Below are positions 9,248 to 19,066 of a stretch of 64,000 bases of DNA, piece by piece (within the stretch, counting starts at the first letter, position 1; each line of letters starts with the position of its first letter). The stretch comes from an uncultured Chloroflexia bacterium. GTDB taxonomy: Bacteria; Chloroflexota; Limnocylindria; Limnocylindrales; CSP1-4. The stretch spans positions 199,318 to 263,317 of the forward strand of contig CAWDXA010000011.1 of assembly GCA_963806175.1 (NCBI GenBank). Reading direction: 5' to 3'. Both the position numbers and the translations under genes were made by a program. The notes under the pieces were generated by a model that saw nothing but the letters and a program-made list of their open reading frames with translations, had not been told where the DNA came from and did not search any database.

Positions 9248-10459
9248 GTGGGTGACGAGGATCGCCGGGACGCCTTCGACACGCTGGCCGTCCACGCCGG
9301 CGCCGAACCCGACGAGCTGACCGGCGCGGTCGCGCCGCCGATCTACCAGACCTCCACCTTCGCCCAGGACGGTGTCGGCAAGCCGCGGCGCGGCTACGAG
9401 TACTCGCGCTCGCAGAACCCGACACGCGAGCGGCTCGAGCGGGCCGTCGCCACGCTCGAGGGCGGCACGACCGGGATCGCGTTCGCTTCCGGTTCGGCGG
9501 CGACCGCCGCGATCGCCGATCTGGCGGGGCCGGGCGACGAGATCGTCGTCGGCGACGACGTCTACGGCGGCACCTTCCGCTATCTCGAGCGGGTGCATCG
9601 CGGGAAGGGGGTGGAGTCGCGCTACGTCGATCTCGCCTCGGGCCAGGACGCCTTGTGGGAGGCGCTGTCGGAGCGGACGAGGCTGGTCTGGTTCGAGACT
9701 CCGACCAACCCGCACCTCAAGCTGGTGGACATCGCCGCGACCGCGGAGACCGTGCGCCGGCGAGCGGCCGAGGGCGGACGACGGCCGTTGGTCGTGGTCG
9801 ACAACACGTTCGCCTCGCCGGCGCTCCAGCGGCCGCTCGGTCTGGGCGCCGACGTCGTGTTCCACTCGGCGACGAAGTACCTTGCCGGCCACTCCGACAC
9901 CATCCTGGGCGTGGCGGTCACGTCCGACCCGGCCGCGGCGGAGCGCCTGCGCTTCCTCCAGAACGCCATGGGGGCCGTGCCCGGCCCGCTCGACTGCTTC
10001 CTCGTCCTGCGCGGCCTCCGGACCCTCCACCTCCGGATGGATCGCCACGGGACCAACGCGGCCGCGCTGGCGCGCTTCCTGGCGGCGCGATCCGACATCG
10101 CGACGGTGCGCTACCCGGGCCTGGCGAGCGGTCCGCATGCCCATCCATCCGCCCGGCTCGTCGGCCGGCAGATGCGCTCGGGGGGCGGGATGGTCTCGTT
10201 CATCCCGGCCGCCGGCGGGCGCCACGGCCGCTCGGCCGCCGAACGGGCGATCGCGATCGGCGAGGGGACCCGGCTGTTCACGCTGGCCGAATCGCTCGGC
10301 GGCGTGGAGTCGCTGATCGAGCTGCCGGCGGCGATGACCCACCTGTCGGTGGCCGGGTCGCCGCTCGAGGTCGATCCGGCGCTCGTCCGCCTGTCGGTCG
10401 GCATCGAGGACGCCGCCGACCTGATCGGCGACCTGGCCCGGGCGCTTGACGAGGCCTGA
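9248..10459 (+). CDS. Cystathionine gamma-synthase/gamma-lyase family PLP enzyme
   Basis: PIYQTSTF, YSRSQNPTR, ETPTNP, VDNTFASP, HSATKYLAGHSD (PLP lysine), ESLGGVESL, RLSVGIED. Confidence 0.93.
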   Translation: MGDEDRRDAFDTLAVHAGAEPDELTGAVAPPIYQTSTFAQDGVGKPRRGYEYSRSQNPTRERLERAVATLEGGTTGIAFASGSAATAAIADLAGPGDEIVVGDDVYGGTFRYLERVHRGKGVESRYVDLASGQDALWEALSERTRLVWFETPTNPHLKLVDIAATAETVRRRAAEGGRRPLVVVDNTFASPALQRPLGLGADVVFHSATKYLAGHSDTILGVAVTSDPAAAERLRFLQNAMGAVPGPLDCFLVLRGLRTLHLRMDRHGTNAAALARFLAARSDIATVRYPGLASGPHAHPSARLVGRQMRSGGGMVSFIPAAGGRHGRSAAERAIAIGEGTRLFTLAESLGGVESLIELPAAMTHLSVAGSPLEVDPALVRLSVGIEDAADLIGDLARALDEA

Positions 10460-10675
10460 TCGAAGGGCCGGGTGAGGCCGAGCGCCCGGAGGCGTCGAGC
10501 GTCTGCAACGTGGCACCGTTCGAAACCATCTCGCAACCGTGTCGGCGACGCGTGGTAGCATCCCCGCCAACGCGACTGCGGAAGCCGACTCCCGCGGGCC
10601 TGCCTCGGCAGCGTCCCGCGCCACGCGCGGCCGGTCGATCAGACGTGATCGCCTGCGCTAGTGGAGTCCGTGTCG

Positions 10676-12265
10676 ATGGCCTCAACGAGTCCGAGCCGTG
10701 CTGGGACGCGACCCGCCCTGGGCCGCTCCGTCCGCGTGAACCTGCCGACCGCCGAGCTGTACGAGGACGCGATCCGGCGCGGCGAAGGGCTCGTCGCGGC
10801 CGAGGGCCCGCTGGTGGTCCGGACAGGGAAGCACACGGGCCGCTCGCCGGAGGACAAGTTCATCGTCCGGGAGGCGGGCTCCGAGGCCAAGGTCTGGTGG
10901 GGTCACGTCAACCGGCCCATCTCGGAGGCGCACTACGAGGCGCTCCGAGCTCGCCTCGTCGAGTACGCCGCCGATCGCGACCTGTACAGCCAGGATTGCC
11001 TGATCGGCGCCGCCCCGGCCCACCAGCGGCGCCTGCGTGTCTACACCGAGACCGCCTGGGCCAGCATCTTCGCGCGGAACCTGTTCCGCCGGCCGACGCC
11101 CCAACAGCTGGACGGCTTCGAGCCCAACTTCACGATCATCAACGTGCCGTCGTTCCAGGCCGACCCGGCGACCGAAGGGACGAGGACCGGCACGGCGATC
11201 CTGGTCCACCTGCGCCGGATGGAGGTGATCATCGTCGGCACCGAGTACGCCGGCGAGATCAAGAAGTCCGCGTTCACGGTCATGAACTACCTGATGCCCG
11301 ACGAAGGCGTGCTGCCGATGCACTCGGCGATCAACGTCGGGGCGGAGGGCGACGCGGCCGTCTTCTTCGGACTCTCGGGGACGGGCAAGACGACGCTCTC
11401 GGCGGATCCGCGGCGCAGCCTCGTCGGCGACGACGAGCACGGCTGGGGCGACGGGATCACGTTCAACTTCGAAGGTGGCTGCTACGCCAAGACAATCCGC
11501 CTGTCGCCGATGTACGAGCCGGACATCTTTCAGACGACCCGGCGGTTCGGGACCATCCTCGAGAACGTCGACCTCGACCCGCGGACGCGCGAGCTCGATC
11601 TCGATTCCGAGCGGTTCACCGAGAACACCCGGGGCGCCTATCCGCTCGAGTTCATCGGCAATGCCGACCCGACCGGTATCGCCGGGACGCCGCGTGCCGT
11701 CGTCTTCCTGACCGCGGACGCGTTCGGCGTCCTGCCGCCGATCGCGCGGCTCAGTCGCGAGCAGGCCGCCTATCACTTCATCAGCGGGTACACCGCCAAG
11801 CTGGCCGGCACGGAGGTCGGGATCAAGGAGCCCAAGGCGACGTTCTCAGCCTGCTTCGGGGCCCCGTTCATGCCCCGTCATCCGGGCGAGTACGCGCACA
11901 TGCTGGTCAGCCGGCTCGAGCATGACGACGTCCCGGTCTGGCTGGTCAACACCGGCTGGACGGGCGGGCCGTTCGGGACCGGGGAGCGGATGAACATCGC
12001 GCACACCCGCTCGATGGTGCGGGCGGCGCTCGACGGCAGCCTGGCCAGGGTCGCCAGTCGAACCGATCCGATCTTCGGCGTGGAGGTCCCGACGAGCTGT
12101 CCCGACGTGCCGGATCGCTTCCTGGATCCCCGGGCAACGTGGTCCGATCCCGACGCCTACGACCGCCAGGCCCGGCAGCTGGCACGGATGTTCGCCGACA
12201 ACTTCGTGGCCTACTCGGATGGCGTCAGCGACCTCATCCAGGCGGCCGGTCCACGGGTCGAATGA
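10676..12265 (+). CDS. pckA: Phosphoenolpyruvate carboxykinase (ATP)
   Basis: TGRSPEDKF, YAGEIKKS, kinase-1 GLSGTGKTTLS, IGDDEHGW, NFEGGCYAK, ENTRGAYP. ATG 10676 has GGAG upstream. Confidence 0.96.
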   Translation: MASTSPSRAGTRPALGRSVRVNLPTAELYEDAIRRGEGLVAAEGPLVVRTGKHTGRSPEDKFIVREAGSEAKVWWGHVNRPISEAHYEALRARLVEYAADRDLYSQDCLIGAAPAHQRRLRVYTETAWASIFARNLFRRPTPQQLDGFEPNFTIINVPSFQADPATEGTRTGTAILVHLRRMEVIIVGTEYAGEIKKSAFTVMNYLMPDEGVLPMHSAINVGAEGDAAVFFGLSGTGKTTLSADPRRSLVGDDEHGWGDGITFNFEGGCYAKTIRLSPMYEPDIFQTTRRFGTILENVDLDPRTRELDLDSERFTENTRGAYPLEFIGNADPTGIAGTPRAVVFLTADAFGVLPPIARLSREQAAYHFISGYTAKLAGTEVGIKEPKATFSACFGAPFMPRHPGEYAHMLVSRLEHDDVPVWLVNTGWTGGPFGTGERMNIAHTRSMVRAALDGSLARVASRTDPIFGVEVPTSCPDVPDRFLDPRATWSDPDAYDRQARQLARMFADNFVAYSDGVSDLIQAAGPRVE

Positions 12266-12333
12266 CCCGCCGGGTCGACTGACCCGCCGGGTCGACTGAC
12301 CCGCCGGGTCGACTGACCCGCCGGGTCGACTGA
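12263..12333 (+). repeat. Tandem repeat, 17-nt unit TGACCCGCCGGGTCGAC x4 plus TGA, starting at the pckA stop codon
   Basis: Four identical units read directly (12263, 12280, 12297, 12314); each contains a GACCC/GGGTC mini-hairpin. Confidence 0.95.
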
Positions 12334-12349
12334 GCTGATCCGAGCGGCG

Positions 12350-12502
12350 TCACGCGGCCCCGGTGAGCCCTTCGTTCGCGCGCCGGACGCCGAACGCGAG
12401 CAGGATCAGGCCGATGACCATCGGGGCCAGGCTGAAGGCCAAGGGGATCGCGACGAGGACGAGCAGCAGGCCGAGGAGCGTCAGACCGGGAGTGAGCGTC
12501 AT
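12350..12502 (-). CDS. 50-aa two-TM small membrane protein
   Basis: MTLTPGLTLLGLLLVLVAIPLAFSLAPMVIGLILLAFGVRRANEGLTGAA; GGAG upstream of the ATG at 12502. Confidence 0.6.
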   Translation of the reverse strand: MTLTPGLTLLGLLLVLVAIPLAFSLAPMVIGLILLAFGVRRANEGLTGAA

Positions 12503-12644
12503 TCGAGATGGCTCCGGGTGCGGGTGTTGCGCCACGCCCACCTTCGCCGGGGCAGCGCTCGCCGAGCCATCGCTCGGCGTCCTGCCCGGTCATGGACGGA
12601 TGTCGAGGACCATGAGCAACCCGCCTAGAATGGCCCGACCCTGA

Positions 12645-13598
<954 letters not shown>

Positions 13599-13625
13599 TC
13601 CGGCGTTGAGTACACTCGCGGGACC

Positions 13626-14489
13626 GTGTCCATCGCCGTCCTGACCTTCGGCTTCGACCCGATCGCGCACCCGTTCGGCGACGTGGCCGTCCGATGGGGG
13701 GTGATCGCGCTGGCCGGCGTGCTGATCGCCGCGCTGGTGCTGTCGGGGCTGTTGGCCAGGGCCGCCGGCCTCAGGCTGGACGACCTCGCCTTCATCGCGA
13801 TCGGCGCCGTGCCGGGTGCCGCGGTCGGCGGCCGGCTGGGGTACGTCGTCCTCCACTGGGACTGGTTCGGGTCGCGCCTGGGTGCCGTCACGGATCCCGC
13901 CGTCGGCAGCCTCGAGCTCGGGTTGGGTGTCCTGGGCGGCATCCTCACCGCCGCGTACGTCGCGCGACTGCTGGGCGCGCCGGTCGGTCGGTGGCTGCAC
14001 GCGGCGACCGGCCCGCTCCTGTTCGCCCTCGGCGCCGGCAAGCTCACGATGGTGCTGACCGGGGCCGGCCAGGGCACGCCGAGCGCGGCCGCCTGGGCTA
14101 CCGCCTACGCCGGGCCGGGACCGTGGGGATCGCTGGCGCCTGCGCTGCCCTCGCTGCCGTCGCAGGCGTTCGAAGGGATCGCCACGCTGGTCGTGCTGGC
14201 GGCCCTCAGCCTGATCCTGATGGCCGGCGTCTTCGAGCGGGGCGACGGGCGGGCCTTCTTTCTCGGCCTTGGCGCCTGGGGCCTCCTGCGCGCGGTCGTC
14301 TCGACGTCGTGGCGGGATCAGCCGGTCGTGGCGGCCCTGAACGCCGGGAGCCTGATCGCGATCCTGGTCGTGCTGGTGTCGACGGCCGGCTTCACCTGGT
14401 TGGCGGTCCTGCGACCGCGGCGGCAGGAGCGCGCGAGGCGCGCCGCCGAGGTTCGCTGGGCGGATCCGGAGGCCCAGCCAAGGTTCTGA
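13626..14489 (+). CDS. Lgt-like membrane protein (divergent paralog)
   Basis: Lgt-type layout (FDPIAHPFGDVAVRWG, VGGRLGYV, PSQAFE) but the RxGNF.NxE motif is missing. Confidence 0.7.
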   Translation: MSIAVLTFGFDPIAHPFGDVAVRWGVIALAGVLIAALVLSGLLARAAGLRLDDLAFIAIGAVPGAAVGGRLGYVVLHWDWFGSRLGAVTDPAVGSLELGLGVLGGILTAAYVARLLGAPVGRWLHAATGPLLFALGAGKLTMVLTGAGQGTPSAAAWATAYAGPGPWGSLAPALPSLPSQAFEGIATLVVLAALSLILMAGVFERGDGRAFFLGLGAWGLLRAVVSTSWRDQPVVAALNAGSLIAILVVLVSTAGFTWLAVLRPRRQERARRAAEVRWADPEAQPRF

Positions 14490-14588
14490 GCACGGCGCCG
14501 AGGACACCGTCGCGCCGGGAAGCGTATCTTGACCCCTCGTCATCGAACCGCGACCGTCCCCGTGGCGGTCATCACGGAGAGTCGTCCC

Positions 14589-16130
14589 ATGACACAGGTC
14601 GCCGAACCCGGTGCCCTCGCAACGCCGTCTCCGGCTCCCGGCCGGTTGAGCCATTGGATCGGCGGCCAGCTCGTCGCCGGCACCTCGGGGCGCGATGGGC
14701 CGGTCTACGATCCGGCCACCGGCCGGCTCGCCAGGCACGTCGACTTCGCGTCCGACGCGGAGGTGGCGGCAGCCGTCGCGGCGGCCAGGTCCGCCTTTCC
14801 GGGCTGGCGCGCGACATCGCTGTCGAAGCGGACCGACGTCATGTTCAGGATCCGCAACCTGGTCGAGGCCAACCGCAAGGAGCTGGCCGCTCACCTGACG
14901 GCGGAGCACGGCAAGGTCCCCAGCGACGCGCTCGGCGAGATCGCGCGCGGCATCGAGAACCTCGAGTTCGCGTGCTCGATCCCCAGCCTGCTCAAGGGCG
15001 GCTTCACCGAGCAGGCGAGCACCGGCGTCGATGTCTACCAGATCCGCCAGCCGCTCGGCGTGGTGGCCGGGATCACACCGTTCAACTTTCCGGCGATGGT
15101 CCCGATGTGGATGTTCGCCACGGCCATCGCCACCGGCAACACGTTCATCCTCAAGCCGTCCGAGAAGGATCCGTCGGCCGCCAACTTCCTGGCCGAGCTG
15201 CTGGCCGAGGCGGGTGTCCCGGCCGGCGTCTTCAACGTCGTCCACGGCGACAAGGTCGCCGTGGACGCGATCCTGGCCCACCCGGGCATCGCCGCGGTCT
15301 CGTTCGTGGGCTCGACCCCGATCGCGCGCTACATCTACGAGACCGGGACGAAGGCCGGCAAGCGTGTCCAGGCGCTCGGTGGGGCCAAGAACCACATGAT
15401 CGTGCTGCCCGACGCCGACATCGACATGGCCGCCGACGCGGCGATCTCGGCCGGCTTCGGCTCGGCCGGCGAGCGCTGCATGGCGATCGCCACGGTCGTC
15501 GCCGTGGGTTCCGTGGCGGACCCGCTGGTCGAGGCGATCATGGCTCGCCTGCCGCGGGTCAAGGTAGGCCCGGGCAGCGACCCGTCGTCCGAGATGGGGC
15601 CGTTGGTCACCCGTCAGCACCGCGACAAGGTCGCGTCCTACCTCGACAGCAGCGCCGCCCAGGGCGCGACCGTGGTTGCCGATGGTCGGGATCACCCGCT
15701 CTTCAGGGAATCCGACGGGTTCTTCCTGGGGGTCTCGTTGATCGACGAGGTGACGCCGGCGATGGACGCCTACAAGGACGAGATCTTCGGCCCGGTCCTG
15801 AGCGTCATGCGGGTCGACACCTACGAACAGGCAGTCAAGCTCGTCAACGACAATCCGTACGGCAACGGGACCGCGATCTTCACCCGTGACGGGGGGGCGG
15901 CCCGCCAGTTCCAGTTCGAGGTCGACGCCGGGATGGTCGGCATCAACGTGCCGATCCCGGTGCCGGTCGCCTATTACAGCTTCGGGGGCTGGAAGAGCTC
16001 GCTGTTCGGCGATCTGCACATGTACGGCCCCGAGGGGATCCAGTTCTACACGCGGGCCAAGATCGTCACCTCGCGCTGGCCGGATCCCGGCACGAGCAGG
16101 ATCGACCTCGGGTTCCCGCGTACGAGATAG
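14589..16130 (+). CDS. mmsA: CoA-acylating (methyl)malonate-semialdehyde dehydrogenase
   Basis: GITPFNFPAM, KPSEKDP, FVGSTPIA, LGGAKNH, GSAGERCMA (catalytic Cys), EIFGPV, NVPIPVP, FGGWKSSLFGD. Confidence 0.93.
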   Translation: MTQVAEPGALATPSPAPGRLSHWIGGQLVAGTSGRDGPVYDPATGRLARHVDFASDAEVAAAVAAARSAFPGWRATSLSKRTDVMFRIRNLVEANRKELAAHLTAEHGKVPSDALGEIARGIENLEFACSIPSLLKGGFTEQASTGVDVYQIRQPLGVVAGITPFNFPAMVPMWMFATAIATGNTFILKPSEKDPSAANFLAELLAEAGVPAGVFNVVHGDKVAVDAILAHPGIAAVSFVGSTPIARYIYETGTKAGKRVQALGGAKNHMIVLPDADIDMAADAAISAGFGSAGERCMAIATVVAVGSVADPLVEAIMARLPRVKVGPGSDPSSEMGPLVTRQHRDKVASYLDSSAAQGATVVADGRDHPLFRESDGFFLGVSLIDEVTPAMDAYKDEIFGPVLSVMRVDTYEQAVKLVNDNPYGNGTAIFTRDGGAARQFQFEVDAGMVGINVPIPVPVAYYSFGGWKSSLFGDLHMYGPEGIQFYTRAKIVTSRWPDPGTSRIDLGFPRTR

Positions 16131-16361
16131 CCGAGGCCCCTCATCGCGAGGCCGGGCGGATCGACTGCGGCGGCGTTGATCGCCGGGCGTTCCAACCAGC
16201 GGATGCCTGGGCCCCGGGGGCAGTCGACCGATGGTTCGATCGCGTGGCGGTCTGACCAGCCGGCCGGCCGACGGCTCGGTCGCCACGGGTTCAGGGCATC
16301 CGGTCTGACTGCCACGTGGGATCGTCCCGAGCTGGATGGACCGCCCCGCGATCAGACCGCG

Positions 16362-16490
16362 GGGCGACCGACCGAATCGTGCCGGATCGGAACGTGGGGC
16401 GACCGAACGCGGGGCGACCGACCGCGTCGCGCCCGAGCCGGGCGACCGCGTCGTGCCCGTGCCCGACGCCGGGCGACCGCGTCGCGCCCG
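16362..16490. repeat. Five copies of GGGCGACCG with irregular spacing; the last three extend into GGGCG...CGCCC hairpins
   Basis: Copies at 16362, 16397, 16412, 16440 and 16471, in the mmsA-yggT intergenic region. Confidence 0.75.
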
Positions 16491-16595
16491 AACGACGTGT
16501 CACGAGGCTGCAACAGCGCCATGCCGGACCGAAGCCAGACCGCGATCGCCGGCAGCCCACCATTCGGCCATTCCGCTCGAAGGAGGGCGACAGGC

Positions 16596-17039
16596 ATGAC
16601 CGAGTACGAACGGGCGACCACGCGCGAGACCCGTATCGTGGAACCCGCGACAACCGCCACCACGACGACCACCGACGAACCGATGACCAGGATACGGACG
16701 ACAGACCGGGCGTACATGCCGGCCGGCCCGGAAGGGCTGTCCGTCGTCGGGCGCTTCGTCGCCTTCATCTTCGGCGTCGTGCAGGCGCTGCTGATCCTTC
16801 GGCTGGTCCTGCTGGTCCTCGTGGCCAACCCCGGCAACGACGTGGTGGCGTTCATCCTGAGCGTCACCGGTCCGTTCGTGGATCCATTCCGCGGCATGTT
16901 CGCGCTCGATCGCGTCGGTGCCGCCCAGGGCTCCGTCCTCGACGTGGCCGCGCTGGTAGCCCTCGTGGGCTGGACGCTGATCGAGGCGCTGATCCTGGCC
17001 GCGCTGCGCATCTTCGCCCGCCGACCGTCCGAGATCTAG
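16596..17039 (+). CDS. YggT-family membrane protein with Thr-rich N-terminus
   Basis: SD AAGGAGG; LILRLVLLVLVANPGNDVVAFILSVTGPFVDPFRGMF is typical YggT. Confidence 0.8.
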   Translation: MTEYERATTRETRIVEPATTATTTTTDEPMTRIRTTDRAYMPAGPEGLSVVGRFVAFIFGVVQALLILRLVLLVLVANPGNDVVAFILSVTGPFVDPFRGMFALDRVGAAQGSVLDVAALVALVGWTLIEALILAALRIFARRPSEI

Positions 17040-18163
17040 CCCGGCTCGGCCGGCGCAGACCGGCCAGACCGGCGGCCCCGCCGGCTGACCGGGCGGCGTC
17101 GGCCGATCGCCACGATCGTGATGTCGTCGGCCGGCGCCATCCCCGCCTGGAACTCCGTGACCGCCGCCCGGATCGACTCGACGATCCCGGCGGCGGCGCC
17201 GTGTCCGTCTCCCGACGGGCGGCGCGCGGCCTCGATGGCCGCCAGCAGCCGGTCCTCCTCGAAGCGTTCCCCGCTCGTCGAGCGAGCGTCGGTCACGCCG
17301 TCCGTGTAGAAGAGCACGACGTCACCGCCCCCGAGCTCGACCTCGGCCTCGAACAGCCCGAGCGATGCGAACGCCCCGAGGAGCGGCCCTTCGACGTCGA
17401 CCGTCTGGACGGGGGATCCGTCGCCGGGAACGATCAGCGGCGGCTCGTGCCCCGCGTTGGCCAGCCGCAGCCGTCCGGTCGGCAGCGAGAGCGTCGCGCA
17501 CAGCGCCGTGATGAACAGGGACGACCGGCGCTCCTGGACGAGGATCTGGTTCGTACGCTCGAGCGCCTCAGCGGGGCCGCCGGTGTTGTCGATGGCGGCG
17601 TGGAGGAGTGGTCGCGAGAAGGCCATGAGGAGCGCCGCGGCGATGCCCTTGCCCGAGACGTCCGCGATCACGACACTCAGTGGGCGCCCGCGCCGGCGCA
17701 TCCGGAACAGGTCGAAGAAGTCGCCACCAACTTCGCGCGCGGCCTCGTAGTGGCTGGCCAGCTCGTAGCCCGGGACCTCCGGGGCGACCAGCGACACGAA
17801 GCTGCGCTGGAGCCGCCGGCCGTGGGCCAGCTCCTGCTCGATCCGGCGGGCGGCAACCACGTCGGCGATGCCGGTGCCGCCGACCGTGTGCGCGATCCCG
17901 ATCGCGATGGCGATCGATTCGACGCTGGCGGCGCCCAGCGCCGTTGCCGCCGAGTCGCCCCAGGCGAGGACCCGGCCGCCGGACAGGGGCCCGGCCACGA
18001 TCGGCCGGCTCAGCGCGTCCGGCGGAGGATCGTCGGGCGACGTCCCGCCGACCGGGACCCCGGCTGCATCGTGGATGGCGAGCGAGAGTGACGGCGCCAG
18101 GTCGCGAAACGGCGCCAGCATCGCCTCGACGCCCGGACTGCCGGGCGGCAACGGCTCGGACAC
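17036..18163 (-). CDS. PP2C/SpoIIE-family Ser phosphatase (RsbU-like) with short N-terminal sensor-like segment; start uncertain
   Basis: REVGGDFFD, IADVSGKG, NAGHEPP, YTDGVTDA, DDITIV metal-binding motifs. Confidence 0.88.
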   Translation of the reverse strand: MSEPLPPGSPGVEAMLAPFRDLAPSLSLAIHDAAGVPVGGTSPDDPPPDALSRPIVAGPLSGGRVLAWGDSAATALGAASVESIAIAIGIAHTVGGTGIADVVAARRIEQELAHGRRLQRSFVSLVAPEVPGYELASHYEAAREVGGDFFDLFRMRRRGRPLSVVIADVSGKGIAAALLMAFSRPLLHAAIDNTGGPAEALERTNQILVQERRSSLFITALCATLSLPTGRLRLANAGHEPPLIVPGDGSPVQTVDVEGPLLGAFASLGLFEAEVELGGGDVVLFYTDGVTDARSTSGERFEEDRLLAAIEAARRPSGDGHGAAAGIVESIRAAVTEFQAGMAPADDITIVAIGRRRPVSRRGRRSGRSAPAEPG

Positions 18164-18195
18164 GGCGACGAGCGCGGGACCGCGGGCCGGCCGGC

Positions 18196-18615
18196 TCAGA
18201 ACGCGGCGACCCCCGCCGCCCGGTCGGGGTGTGTGAGGAAGAGGCGATTGAGCCCGGTCCGCGACAGCACGCGCTCGACCGCCGGTTGCGCGCCGCACAG
18301 CTGGACCTCGGCCTGGGTCGAGCCCGCGGCCACGTCCTGACCGAGGGCGTGGAGGGCGCCCCATCCCGCATCGGGATCCGGTGGTGGCTCGCCGTGCATC
18401 AGGCGGACGATCGAGTGCAGGGCGACCAGGCCCGAGCTGGCCATGAATCGCAGGTTCGCCAGGTCGAGGAGCAGGTAGCGGGCACCCGCGTCGTACAGGC
18501 CCCGGACCTGGTCGATGAGCGCCCCGAAGTTGGACGCGTCGAGCTCGCCGTCGAGGGTCAGCACCGTGATCGGCACCCGTCCGGATGCCTGATCGACCGA
18601 CGTCTCCAGGGCCAT
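18196..18615 (-). CDS. STAS-domain anti-sigma-factor antagonist (RsbV/SpoIIAA-like)
   Basis: LDGELDASNF, LLLDLANLRFMASSGLVAL (phospho-acceptor Ser), VERVLSRTGL. Confidence 0.88.
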   Translation of the reverse strand: MALETSVDQASGRVPITVLTLDGELDASNFGALIDQVRGLYDAGARYLLLDLANLRFMASSGLVALHSIVRLMHGEPPPDPDAGWGALHALGQDVAAGSTQAEVQLCGAQPAVERVLSRTGLNRLFLTHPDRAAGVAAF

Positions 18616-19062
18616 CTAGCGATCCTCCTTCGTGCCCGGTTCCAGCCTTCGAACCAGGGTGAGTATGTTGCCGCCTCCGGGGCGCAGGCGATGGCTGATC
18701 TCGTCGACGCACAGGCGGGCGAGGTGGACCCCCATGCCGCCCGGCCGCCGCCGCTCGGGTGGGACGCTGAGGTCGGGCTCGGGCACCACCGTCGGATCAA
18801 AGGGCCGGGCGTCGTCCTCGATCGTCACGACCAGGCGGTCCCCCTCACGGGCGAGGCGGACCTCGACCCAGCCTGGCCGACCGGCATGCCCGTGGACGAT
18901 GGCGTTGGTGGCCGTCTCGTCCACGGCCTGGACGAGATCGTCGGCGAACGCCGCCTCGGCCCCGGCGGCCGTCGCCGCCGCCCGGATCATCTCGCGGACC
19001 TCGACCAGCCGGGCCACGTCCGACGGGATGCGGATCTTGCGGACCGTTGCCGCCGAGGTCAT
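18616..19062 (-). CDS. Anti-sigma-factor Ser kinase (RsbW/SpoIIAB-like HATPase_c)
   Basis: N box AVDETATNAIVHG, IEDDARPFDP, G2 box RPGGMGVHL. Confidence 0.88.
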   Translation of the reverse strand: MTSAATVRKIRIPSDVARLVEVREMIRAAATAAGAEAAFADDLVQAVDETATNAIVHGHAGRPGWVEVRLAREGDRLVVTIEDDARPFDPTVVPEPDLSVPPERRRPGGMGVHLARLCVDEISHRLRPGGGNILTLVRRLEPGTKEDR

Positions 19063-19066
19063 CGGG

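Noticed and set aside
10460-10675. Structured pckA leader
   Set aside because: Only short GC-rich stems expected by chance at this GC content; no known motif or alternative SD-sequestering fold was evident.
12263-12333. Possible CRISPR array
   Set aside because: Units are contiguous 17-mers with no spacers and no cas genes; this is a tandem repeat.
16362-16490. Possible degenerate CRISPR array
   Set aside because: The repeat core is only 9-20 nt, spacing is 15-35 nt and irregular, and there are no cas genes.
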